From positions 1,514,837 through 1,546,836 of the forward strand of contig NC_000909.1 in NCBI RefSeq assembly GCF_000091665.1: a stretch of DNA of 32,000 nucleotides, written 5' to 3'. The stretch is from Methanocaldococcus jannaschii DSM 2661. GTDB lineage: Archaea > AGJL01 > Methanococci > Methanococcales > Methanocaldococcaceae. Numbering within the stretch: the first letter of the stretch is position 1; the number at the start of each line of letters is the position of its first letter. Below the pieces are notes generated by a model. It saw only the letters and a list, made by a program, of their open reading frames with translations. It was not told the DNA's origin and ran no database searches. Below are positions 20,431-30,129 of the stretch, piece by piece. Position numbers and translations under genes: made by a program.

Positions 20431-21591
20431 TTATCTTTCTATTCTTAAATAGCTGATAATCCCTACAACAATTGAAAATATTGCTGAAAATTTATACATA
20501 TTTGCTATTCCTAAAATATCAGCTAAGAATCCAAACGACACTGCACCAATAAACATCCCAATATTTATGCTTGTTGTAAAAAGCCCCATAGCTTCGCCTT
20601 TTCTATGTGTTGGGATGTCTTTAACTGCGAGAGATGTTGTGGCGGTGGAAGATATTGAACTACCAACTGCTATAATTGTTAAAGAAGCCAATATAGTCAA
20701 AAAAGTTGTAGAGGTTGAGAGCAAATACATTCCAAAGGATATTATAAAAATTCCAATGATTATCATTATATTTCCCAATTTATCGTAGAGTTTTCCAAAA
20801 CTTCTTTGAAGTAAAGCCATTAAGATATTTGTTAAAGCAATCATAAAACCTACTTGACTTATAGTTATATTGTAGTTAATTGCATACAATGCCAAATACG
20901 CATATATCCCAGCATTTATCATAACATTAGATACATTGATAATAAAAGAGGATGAAAAATTCCTATTTTTCAAAAATTCAAATGAGAATAAAGTAGATAT
21001 TTTTTTAACATCTATTTTTTCTTTATTTTTATTAAAAACAATATCCTCCAATTTCATATAGCTTATAATTGCCGCCAAAATTCCTAAAAATCCACAAAAG
21101 TAGAATGGCATTTTAATTCCATACATATCAGCAAGAATTCCCCCTATAAAAGGTCCTATGCCAAAGCCCAATGTAATTGCTGAATTAAAAATTCCCATAT
21201 ATTCTCCTAATCTTGTTTTTGGGGCTATAGCCGCGATATAAGACCCAGCTACTGGTGTTACAAAAGCTGAAAAGATTCCAGTAAAAATTCTCACAATTAA
21301 AAAACCTAAAACTGTGCTAACAAAATTATACATTAAGGTAGAGACTCCATAAAAAAATGTTCCACAGACAATAAAAAACTTCTTTCCATATATATCAGAT
21401 AAAACTCCAACAGGAATTTGAGCTACTGTTCTCGCTAATGCAAATGAACCAAATATTAAACCAATTTCTAAATTTGTAGCTCCCAGTGTTTGGGCGTATA
21501 TTGCCATAATTGGTGCTATAAAACCAACACCAAGCATAGTTGTAAAGGTAGTAATCCAAATAACAAAAACATTTTTCTCTAATTTTCCCAT
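20431..21591 (-). CDS. MFS-type transporter
   Basis: The protein shows a 12-TM-like hydrophobic pattern. The start is set at ATG 21591 (MGKLEKNVF), which follows GGTGG. The track's extension to 21702 would overlap the upstream gene and cross its terminator. Confidence 0.75.
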   Translation of the reverse strand: MGKLEKNVFVIWITTFTTMLGVGFIAPIMAIYAQTLGATNLEIGLIFGSFALARTVAQIPVGVLSDIYGKKFFIVCGTFFYGVSTLMYNFVSTVLGFLIVRIFTGIFSAFVTPVAGSYIAAIAPKTRLGEYMGIFNSAITLGFGIGPFIGGILADMYGIKMPFYFCGFLGILAAIISYMKLEDIVFNKNKEKIDVKKISTLFSFEFLKNRNFSSSFIINVSNVMINAGIYAYLALYAINYNITISQVGFMIALTNILMALLQRSFGKLYDKLGNIMIIIGIFIISFGMYLLSTSTTFLTILASLTIIAVGSSISSTATTSLAVKDIPTHRKGEAMGLFTTSINIGMFIGAVSFGFLADILGIANMYKFSAIFSIVVGIISYLRIER

Positions 21592-21610
21592 AAAACCACC
21601 TAAAAACGTT

Positions 21611-21650
21611 AAAATAAAAAAATGAAATAGGAAAAATTCAAAAAACAAAA
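21611..21650 (-). terminator. Oligo-T (minus strand) terminator after the CARDB-repeat gene
   Basis: The plus strand carries A5-A7 runs, which are T runs on the minus strand. They lie between the stop at 21665 and the MFS start at 21591. Confidence 0.4.
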
Positions 21651-21664
21651 ATAAATAGAGTGTT

Positions 21665-23326
21665 TTATTCTTTATCTTTGCTATTTTTTCTTTTAAATAC
21701 ATATCCTACAACCAATACAATGGCAATAACCACTATTATTCCCAATATCCAATAACTTTTTGAATTTGAATTATTCACTACCACTTTTAACGGTTCTTGA
21801 TAGACATACACGTTATTATCTCCCTCATCACTATCTCCTGCACATCTTATTTCAATAGTTATTATATAAGGCTTTGATTCAGCATTTTTATCAACATCTA
21901 TAACTATAACTCCAGTTCCTGTTTGGTTAGGGTAGAGAGTTCCAATAGTGTCACTTTTAATTGGGTAATCAAATGGTTGTCCAGAGTTTCTAATTGCTGA
22001 AATCTTAACTCTCTCTGCCTTTTCACTACCAACGTTCTTTATTGTTATATAGACGGTGTTTTCTTTTCCAGCAGTTACATTAACTTCTTTTGTTATAATC
22101 TCAAATAATGGCTTTGGTTTAACATAGATGTCTATGAATTTTTCAGTTTTGTATTTGTTATTGGCAGTATCTAAATAACTAATTTCAATTGGAAGCTTAT
22201 AATGCTTAGCAGAGGCATATTTATCTACATCCACATAGAAAGATACTGTCTTTGAAACTCCGGGCAATAAGTTGCCAACATCTTTTATATTGCAGTTACT
22301 CCAGCTATCTTTAAATGGTTTATTTGTTATTAATTTTAATTTAACATCCTTCGCCTCTGCATGTCCATTGTTGGTTATTGTTACATCAATTCTCACATAA
22401 GTTGTTCCTGGCTTTATCTCCTTAGGGTCAGTTACCACATTAGATATTCCCAATAAAATATCTCCTTTTACATAAGCTCCAATGGTTATCTGCTCTGCCC
22501 TTTTAGTTCCGTCTTCATCTATCCATGTAATTACTGCAGGGATTTGATAACAGCCCTCAACTAAATTGCTTGCAGTGTATAACTTTAAATTAATTACTCT
22601 GCTATTATCTGGCTTTAAAGCTCCTAAGTAGAATTTTGTTTCTCCAACTGGTGAAATTGGTAGATTAGATATAGGAACAGCTGTTGGGTAGTAAATAGTT
22701 TTTTCTTGGGTTTTGGTTGTCCCATAGGCAGATACTTCAACTGACTCAGAACCAGCATTTACAGAGTTTAAAGAATATCCAATATACAGATTAACTTCCT
22801 TAGCTGTTCCTGTTCCTGTGTTTATAATTTCAATTGGAACTGTTTGAGTTTTTGATGGAATTAGGCTAAAATTCCCATTAATTTCAAAGCTTGCTATTCC
22901 ATAAACATGTAGGTAATAGATTTTAGTTATTTCATAGTGGTGGATTGTTTCTTTCCCATCTTCTTTATTAATTTCATCATAACTTACCTTTACATCTATT
23001 TCATAGTCTCTTGATGGGGCATTTTCATCAACATGTAGTTTGAAATATACAGTGTCTGATTCTCCAGGATTTAAATGGCTGATTGTTGCTTTCCCCTTAA
23101 TTGGATTAACCTGCCTTAACTCAAATGGATAGTGTGGAGAAACCTCAACAACTATGTTTTTAACTTCATTATCATAATTATCATTAGTTATTTTAATCCA
23201 CAAATCAACATCATCCCCAGGATGAATAACATTCGGCTGATACTGAGGAGCATCTACCTGCAAAGCATAAACTCCTGAAATAAAGATTAATGATATTAGG
23301 AATATTTTTATTTTATTGGTTATCAT
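21665..23326 (-). CDS. Surface protein with about four CARDB/S-layer-like beta-sandwich repeats and a C-terminal TM anchor
   Basis: The signal peptide is MITNKIKIFLISLIFISGVYA. A repeated motif PGxx..V.I.I.N.G...A..V appears four times: PGDDVDLWIKITNDN, PSKTQTVPIEIINTGTGTAKEV, PGTTYVRIDVTITNNGHAEAKDV and AGKENTVYITIKNVGSEKAERV. The C-terminal hydrophobic anchor WILGIIVVIAIVLVVGYVF is followed by basic residues. The ATG overlaps the upstream stop (ATGA). Confidence 0.7.
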   Translation of the reverse strand: MITNKIKIFLISLIFISGVYALQVDAPQYQPNVIHPGDDVDLWIKITNDNYDNEVKNIVVEVSPHYPFELRQVNPIKGKATISHLNPGESDTVYFKLHVDENAPSRDYEIDVKVSYDEINKEDGKETIHHYEITKIYYLHVYGIASFEINGNFSLIPSKTQTVPIEIINTGTGTAKEVNLYIGYSLNSVNAGSESVEVSAYGTTKTQEKTIYYPTAVPISNLPISPVGETKFYLGALKPDNSRVINLKLYTASNLVEGCYQIPAVITWIDEDGTKRAEQITIGAYVKGDILLGISNVVTDPKEIKPGTTYVRIDVTITNNGHAEAKDVKLKLITNKPFKDSWSNCNIKDVGNLLPGVSKTVSFYVDVDKYASAKHYKLPIEISYLDTANNKYKTEKFIDIYVKPKPLFEIITKEVNVTAGKENTVYITIKNVGSEKAERVKISAIRNSGQPFDYPIKSDTIGTLYPNQTGTGVIVIDVDKNAESKPYIITIEIRCAGDSDEGDNNVYVYQEPLKVVVNNSNSKSYWILGIIVVIAIVLVVGYVFKRKNSKDKE

Positions 23327-24477
23327 TGAGTATCACCTTTCAATCTCTTAATAAGTGGCATTATATGCCTCTCTTCAATAACAATTAAAGCTGGTAGTAA
23401 GGTTAAAACCACCACCATACAGAAGGAAATCCCTAAAGCACAGACCTTTCCTAAGTTTGCCATCATTGGTAATGGAGCTAAAACCAAAGCTAAGAAACCA
23501 ACTACTGTTGTTGCTGTTGTAGCCATAACTGCAGTTCCTGTTTCAACTACAGCTGTTTCTATTGCCTTATCTATTGGCATCCCTTTCCTTCTTTCTTCAT
23601 CATACCTATGCATCAAATGTATTCCGTAATCAATACCCAACCCCAGTATCAGAGAGCCTATTCCAGCGGTTGCCATATCCAAGGGAATGTCTAAAAGCCC
23701 CATAGCTCCTCCAGTCCATATAACTGCTATAAGCACTGGTAAGAGAGGCATTATAGAGGATAACGGCTTTCTGAAGTAGATAATCAATATTATTAAAATC
23801 CCAATTAGACCTACTGTTGTTGTAAAGCTTTGGCTCTCTTTCATTAACTCATCCATCAACTTCCTCATTGGTGGAGTCCCTGTTGCTATAACTTCAACTC
23901 CTGGAGGAAATGGAGTTTCTTCAATTCTTTCATTTACATCATCCATTACTCTCATTAGCTTTTTCTGGTCTCCACCAGCGTCAGTATATGCATTAACAAC
24001 TGTCATTGAATAGTCTGAGTTGAATATTCTCTTTCTCTTATCTTCTGGGAGTTTATTTAGGATATCTTTAACCGTATCAATGTCATTTGGCACAATACCG
24101 TTATTTTTTTGAATGATTATATCTACTGGAGAGCTTACGCTTGTTATCCCATCTACATATCTTAAATTATCCTCCAATTCTTTAATTGCTTTTAAAACTC
24201 TCGGGTCTCTTATATCAACAACTTTATCACTGCTATCTGAGGGTTTTAGCTTTATACAGATAGTTATGACATCAGTTCCTCCAAATTCATCCCTGACTTC
24301 ATATAGGGTTTTTATAATTGGATTGTCTTGAGGAAGCATCTTTTCAAAGGCAGTTTGAGATTTAACATTGGTTGCTGATATTCCAGCAAATACAGTTATA
24401 ATTAAGATAATTAGAAGCATTAGGAATGGTTTTTGTTCGGAGAAATGAGCAACTTTTTTTAATATTTCTCTAAGCAT
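23323..24477 (-). CDS. Half-size RND/MMPL-superfamily membrane protein (1 TM, an extracytoplasmic domain, then 5 TM)
   Basis: The conserved RND block is GLGIDYGIHLMHRYDEE...TTATTVVGFLALV...LLPALIV. ATG 24477 (MLREILKK) follows GGTGGT. The alternative start 24489 lies inside the ATGGTGG SD. Confidence 0.75.
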   Translation of the reverse strand: MLREILKKVAHFSEQKPFLMLLIILIITVFAGISATNVKSQTAFEKMLPQDNPIIKTLYEVRDEFGGTDVITICIKLKPSDSSDKVVDIRDPRVLKAIKELEDNLRYVDGITSVSSPVDIIIQKNNGIVPNDIDTVKDILNKLPEDKRKRIFNSDYSMTVVNAYTDAGGDQKKLMRVMDDVNERIEETPFPPGVEVIATGTPPMRKLMDELMKESQSFTTTVGLIGILIILIIYFRKPLSSIMPLLPVLIAVIWTGGAMGLLDIPLDMATAGIGSLILGLGIDYGIHLMHRYDEERRKGMPIDKAIETAVVETGTAVMATTATTVVGFLALVLAPLPMMANLGKVCALGISFCMVVVLTLLPALIVIEERHIMPLIKRLKGDTQ

Positions 24478-24499
24478 CAATACCACCATTATAAGGAAA

Positions 24500-24970
<471 letters not shown>

Positions 24971-25071
24971 TTAACTGTTTTTAGATAGAATTTTAGCGTG
25001 CCATCTTTTATTTATTTTTTAGTTTTATTTTTGTAATATAGCAATCTGCCATAGTCTCACCCGTTCATATT

Positions 25072-25089
25072 GTTCAAAATTTTTTGAAC
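25072..25089. promoter_or_regulatory. Palindrome GTTCAAAA-TT-TTTTGAAC, a candidate operator
   Basis: The two 8-bp arms are perfectly complementary and separated by 2 nt. The site lies in the 385-bp divergent intergenic region between the wHTH regulator operon and the UPF0201/HerA pair. Confidence 0.3.
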
Positions 25090-25343
25090 TAACTGAATAA
25101 AATGTAATTAATGGGAAGGTATATAAAATTTACTAAAATTAATTAGAATAAATATTTAAATTTATAACTAAAATAGCTAAAAATGAAAACTTGAAAATAA
25201 ATAAAGGAAAATACTTAATATCAGAATGTTTTTATAGAACATAATGAATTTCATGTGTAATCATAAAAACATACTCTCAAGAAGTTTTATAATCCTTTTA
25301 TACCTTATATAAACTATAACAAAAAATTTTAAATGGTGATATT

Positions 25344-25856
25344 ATGGAAGTGATTATTAAAGCTAAGGTGAAGCCAACTGAAGATAAATATAAAGTTAAA
25401 AAAGCTATCTTAAACATATTTCCAAAGGCAAAATTAACATTTATTGAGAAAGATAATGAGTTTGGAGAATGGGAAGGAAAAACTAAGAGTGTAGAGAAGT
25501 TAAAGGAACTTTTAAGGAGTCAGTCAATATTAGATGCTGCAAGGATGGTTTTAGAGAAAGGAATGACAGAGAACGCAACAAAATTTTATTTAAATAAACA
25601 GGCAGCTTATGTAGGGGCCGTGAATTTTGATATAGACACACATGGTGGGATATTTGTTAAAATCTTGGCTGATGAAAATGAGGATATTATGAAGATAATT
25701 AAAGACATCGCCCCAAGAACTAAAGGAGGAGTTATAATTAACGAAGATGAATTAGAAGAGGAAGAAGAAAAAGAAGATAGTGAAGAGATTAAAGAAGGAC
25801 ATAAAGAAGAAAATAATTTAAAAATAAAGGTAATTGATAATTCATCCGGTGATTAG
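25344..25856 (+). CDS. UPF0201 (COG1931) family protein with an added acidic C-terminal tail
   Basis: The family-typical motifs KPTEDKYKV, NIFP and LNKQAAYVGAVNF are recognised from memory. The tail reads EDELEEEEEKEDSEEIKEGHKEEN. GGTGAT lies upstream. Confidence 0.65.
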   Translation: MEVIIKAKVKPTEDKYKVKKAILNIFPKAKLTFIEKDNEFGEWEGKTKSVEKLKELLRSQSILDAARMVLEKGMTENATKFYLNKQAAYVGAVNFDIDTHGGIFVKILADENEDIMKIIKDIAPRTKGGVIINEDELEEEEEKEDSEEIKEGHKEENNLKIKVIDNSSGD

Positions 25857-27398
25857 ATGGACAATAATGAGATTATTGGCTACACAATAGGAGAAACAAG
25901 GATTGATGAATTAACATTTTTGGCTAAAGAAGCCCCAAAAGTTGGGGATTATGTTAAAATAAATTATGACGACTCTGAATTATTGGGAATGGTTGAAAGC
26001 ACAATCCAAGGAAACATGGCTTTAGAGGATATTTTAAACATTGAGCATTTAGAGAAAATTAGGGAGTTTGAAGATAACTCATCCTACTACATTTTAGGAA
26101 AGATAAAGGTATTAGGAGATATTAGAGATTTAAATAAAGATGGAGCTTTAAAGTTGCCGAGAGTTCCACCAAAGCCAGGAATACCAATTTACAGAGCAGA
26201 TGATGAGTTATTAAAAAAAGTTTTTGGTAATGGGCATTTAAAAATAGGGCATTTAGTTACAAGGGAAGATGTGGAGGTTAAATTAGACGCAAATAAATTA
26301 TGTTCAAGACATTTGGCTATATTGGCAATGACTGGGATGGGAAAGTCAAATACTGTAGCTGTTTTGTTAAGAGAGTTGAATAAGCTTAAAGCAACCGTTT
26401 TAGTTTTTGATATGCATGGAGAATATAAAGATATTTACTGCGAAAGTGAAAAGCTAAGAGTTCATATAATTGAGCCGAAAATAAATATCTATAGGATAAA
26501 TGATGATGATTTGTGTGATTTGGCTGGCGTAGATGCCCAAGCAACAAAGCAAAGACCATATATAAGAAAGGCGATAAAAGAAATTAAAGAAGAACGTAAA
26601 GAACATGATTTCAGCACAGTTGATGATTATATAAATGCAATAATTGGGAAATTGGAAGAATACAAATCAAATGATAATTATAAAAAAGATGAAAGTAGTA
26701 TTCAAACAGCCATATTTAGATTGGAAGATATGTTGCAGTTTAGAAAGAATATTATAACTCTTCACTATAATCCAATAAATGATATTAGGGAACATTATAT
26801 CAACATAATTCCAATGGAAGAATTGGATGAGAATGCTGTGGATATTGTTGTTTCTTATATAGCTAAAGCAGTTTTGGATGATAGGAAGAGGATTATTATT
26901 GATAAGGGAAGAGACTTTGCAAAACCAATATTTATGATTTTTGAAGAGGCACATTTAATAGCTCCACAACATAGAAAAACAAGGGCTAAGCATTATCTAA
27001 GCAGGATAGCAAGAGAGGGAAGAAAGTTTGGTGTTGGTTTATGCTTAGTTTCACAGAGACCTAAAACATTAGATGCTGAAACTTTATCTCAATGCTCTAA
27101 TCTAATAATATCTAAGCTTATTGAACCAACAGACCAAAAACATGTCCAAATGGCTTCTGAAAATTTGAGTGAAGATTTAGTTAAACAATTAACAAGCTTA
27201 AACATTGGTGAGGCGATAATTTTAGGACCGTGTATAAAAGTGCCAGCAATTGTTAAGGTAGATAAATTTGACGGAAGATATGGAGGAGAGGATTTAAATC
27301 TTGTTGAATTATGGGAAAAGGACTTTATAAATACTGAACGTTTAAAAACAGATGATATTGAAGAAAATGCCTTTGGAGATGATGATTTATTCTCCTAA
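25857..27398 (+). CDS. HerA-like (DUF87, FtsK/HerA superfamily) ATPase
   Basis: An N-terminal HAS-barrel-like region is followed by Walker A AMTGMGKSNT, Walker B IFMIFEEAHLIAP and GRKFGVGLCLVSQRP. The ATG directly follows the upstream TAG, and GGTGAT sits inside the end of the upstream gene. Confidence 0.8.
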   Translation: MDNNEIIGYTIGETRIDELTFLAKEAPKVGDYVKINYDDSELLGMVESTIQGNMALEDILNIEHLEKIREFEDNSSYYILGKIKVLGDIRDLNKDGALKLPRVPPKPGIPIYRADDELLKKVFGNGHLKIGHLVTREDVEVKLDANKLCSRHLAILAMTGMGKSNTVAVLLRELNKLKATVLVFDMHGEYKDIYCESEKLRVHIIEPKINIYRINDDDLCDLAGVDAQATKQRPYIRKAIKEIKEERKEHDFSTVDDYINAIIGKLEEYKSNDNYKKDESSIQTAIFRLEDMLQFRKNIITLHYNPINDIREHYINIIPMEELDENAVDIVVSYIAKAVLDDRKRIIIDKGRDFAKPIFMIFEEAHLIAPQHRKTRAKHYLSRIAREGRKFGVGLCLVSQRPKTLDAETLSQCSNLIISKLIEPTDQKHVQMASENLSEDLVKQLTSLNIGEAIILGPCIKVPAIVKVDKFDGRYGGEDLNLVELWEKDFINTERLKTDDIEENAFGDDDLFS

Positions 27399-28730
27399 AA
27401 CTTTCTTTTTTCTATACTCAATGACAATTTTCCCAACATAAACTCCAAGGATTGTAACGACTAATATTATCCAGAACTCCAATGGAAATCCAAGTATTTT
27501 AATGTGATGAAGTATTTCGTCTTTTCCAGAAGTTAATAACAAAATATGAGCTGCTTCTAAGGCATAGACACCAAAAATCCCAATTTCTAAAACTTCCATC
27601 GCCTCTCCAATAGCTACTTGGTATTTGGTATTTTCAGCCAATTGATTAGCTATCTTTCTCTCTAAATCTTCGGATATTGTAGTTAATAACCTTGTTAAAC
27701 TTGTTGCTAAGCTATCATTACTTTTTAAAATGTTTTCTATCTCTGCAATCCTATAAATTAATCTTCTTAGTTTTCTTTCTGCCTCAACTTTCTCTAAAAT
27801 CATTAAATCAAAGTCCCCAAAGTTTGGAGGATAAGAGGAGTTTAAAAACTCAACTATTTCTTTTAGATAACCGCAGACAATTTCTATTACTGCCAACTCT
27901 CTGTCTATTCTACTTAACTCTCCCCTAATTTCAGTTATATCCTCTAAATCAACTCCTGATGCAAGTGTGTTACTTATAACTTCCAATTTAGAGGCAATAT
28001 TATTTAATTTAAAAAACAAATCCCTTGAAACGCCAGTAATACTCCTTATAAAAGGATAGTAGTAGATAAATTTTTCAAACTTCTCTGGATTTTTATGTGA
28101 GATAAATATTCCAAAGTCTCCAAAGATTATTAACCCATCATCTATCTCAATTATATTCTTAACTGCTCCAATAACTTGACTAATCTCCAATATTGTATTT
28201 TCATCTATATTAACAACTGTTTCTGTTAAAACAGTAACGTGCTTATATACCTTTATCTCTCCATAGAGAGTTTCAAGTAAATATCTTTGTGGTGGAGATA
28301 TTAAATGGCTCATAATTCTTGAAGAGTCCAAGATTAAGTCAGGAATCACGAAAGAAAGATTATCTAAGCTTACAATCTCCTCTTCATCTCCAGCTTTTGT
28401 TATTTCAGAGGAGTAGATACATCTTCCAAGATAATCAACATATATAAAAACGTCTTTTTTCCTTTCCCCTATAATTTCAGCTGTAAATTTTACAGATGTT
28501 TCTGGAATAAATTCAATAATATTTACTGTTGTTTGATATTCAGATGTTTCAAAAACTGCTTTATACCTTATATCTCTCCTTTCTGATGCGGTAAAGTATT
28601 TAATTCTTTTTCTTTGATACTCTTTTAATGTAATCCTATCTATAAACTCAGTCATATAATTCTTTCCAAAAGGAATCCATTCAGTTAAGATTACCTTTGG
28701 ATTTTTTATTTTTAAATATTTGAATCCCAT
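27387..28730 (-). CDS. Hypothetical protein with long helical region and two C-terminal TM helices (CorA-like layout)
   Basis: The 447-aa protein has an N-terminal mixed domain. Heptad-like helices follow ([19 protein letters not shown]..., [17 protein letters not shown]..., [22 protein letters not shown]). The hydrophobic segments are [17 protein letters not shown] and [20 protein letters not shown] recognise no family. Confidence 0.6.
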
Positions 28731-29239
28731 AATGATACCTTCATTATGTAGCTTTTTGATTTATAGCTAATTTTATCAATCTTTGTAATCTCTATTTCTA
28801 ATTTTTCATTTTTAGATTTTATTATTATTCCATTCTTTGTTATTTGGATTTCTTTTAGTCTCCCATTTTCCAATAATGTTTTATCAATTGTCTCTTTATC
28901 TTTCTGGTTGAAGTTGTAATCTATCTTTTTTCCAATACTATATCCAACAATAAACTCATTTAACCCTCTGACTGATAGTAAAATCTCATTTAAATAATTG
29001 TTATCCAAGAGATAATTTAAATCATTTATTGCTTCATAAGAGATATTTATGAATTTTATTTCATCTTCCCACATAAACGGAGTTGGGGCATAGTCATAAC
29101 CTTTAAAGACATCTAATTTTATAAAATAATATATAAGAGCAAATAAAACTGTCTGTTTAACCCATCTCTTTTTATTTCCATTTGTCAATAGGTTTATTAT
29201 ATAATGTAACTTCTGCTGATTCTCATTCATTGCTACCAC
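28712..29239 (-). CDS. Hypothetical protein (175 aa)
   Basis: The ORF overlaps both neighbours, by 7 nt with thpR and 19 nt with the 447-aa gene. The alternative ATG start is at 29230. I recognise no family. Confidence 0.5.
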
Positions 29240-29754
29240 TCTTTTATAACCTCATATATAGGACCGTTTGGAGTTAAAGTTGATTTATAAAGCTTTATGT
29301 GTTTTGCTTCAAACTCTCCAAAATCTACATCTTTATATTTTTCAATTCTATCTTTTAATTTTTTCTTGTTATCAATGAATTTAACTCTACCAATTGTTAA
29401 GTGAGGAACATACTCTCTTTCTTTTTTAAATCCTAAGTTTGATAGTTTTTCATCAATTTCTTTAAAGATTTCTACAAGATTATTATTGTAAGCTCCAATC
29501 CATATAACCCTTATATAGTTAGAGTTTGGGAATGTTCCAATATATTTTAGCTTTATTTTTATTGGCTGAATTGATAAATCTAAATTCAATATTTCTTTTA
29601 ATTTTTCTTCATCAACTTCTCCTAAGAATTTAACGGTTATATGTAAGTTCTCTTTCTCAACTAACTTTATCCCTTTCATTTTAAACTGTTCTTGAAATTT
29701 GGCTATCTCTTCCTTTATATTTTCTGGGATGTCTATAGCCAAAAACAGCCTCAT
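29233..29754 (-). CDS. thpR: 2H phosphoesterase: RNA 2',3'-cyclic phosphodiesterase / 2'-5' RNA ligase (ThpR/LigT)
   Basis: Both HxT/Sx motifs are present, in [10 protein letters not shown] and VPHLTIGRV. The size (173 aa) is typical of the family. Confidence 0.8.
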
Positions 29755-29762
29755 CCTATCCC

Positions 29763-29915
29763 TCAGTATCTTAGCAGTATAGGGATACCTTCAACTATAT
29801 CATAAACCCTATTACATTTTTTACATATCAACTTATTTTTATTTTTGTTTAAGTATAAATCTCCTCTACAGTATGGACATTGTAATATTTTCAGATATTT
29901 TTCAATCCAGTGCAT
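29763..29915 (-). CDS. Trm112-like zinc-ribbon small protein (50 aa)
   Basis: The gene is absent from the ORF track. Its product is MHWIEKYLKILQCPYCRGDLYLNKNKNKLICKKCNRVYDIVEGIPILLRY*. It has CPxC...CxxC plus the IPILL ending typical of Trm112/UPF0434. GTGAT lies upstream, and the stop is 8 nt before the thpR start. Confidence 0.7.
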   Translation of the reverse strand: MHWIEKYLKILQCPYCRGDLYLNKNKNKLICKKCNRVYDIVEGIPILLRY

Positions 29916-30048
29916 GATATCACTGAATCTTATATTTTTCAAATACTATATTAAAAATTCCATTAAAATAATATTTAGTATCTCAATTTTGTCAATTTTA
30001 ATTTTATGTAACATTTTTTTATATTAGCTCAAGACATTTTTAATAAAC

Positions 30049-30068
30049 TTTAAACAAAAAAGTTTAAA
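30049..30068. promoter_or_regulatory. Inverted repeat TTTAAAC-N6-GTTTAAA overlapping a TATA-like box upstream of cbiM
   Basis: The 7-bp arms are at 30049-30055 and 30062-30068. The right arm overlaps TTTAAATA (30063-30070), which ends 59 nt upstream of ATG 30130. Confidence 0.3.
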
Positions 30069-30129
30069 TAGTATTATCAACATTAGATATGATGATAACA
30101 CAATTAAATAATACCAAAAGGGTGAAACT

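Noticed and set aside
21592-21702. A 37-codon N-terminal extension of the MFS transporter ORF
   Set aside because: The extension (MYLKEKIAKIKNKTLYLFLFFEFFLFHFF...) crosses the oligo-T terminator tract and overlaps the upstream gene's 3' end. ATG 21591 has a GGTGG SD and yields a normal MFS N-terminus.
29845-30027. Plus-strand 60-aa track ORF
   Set aside because: It overlaps the Trm112-like zinc-ribbon ORF on the opposite strand, which has a recognisable family signature and an SD. The plus-strand product is low-complexity Ile/Phe/Leu/Ser.
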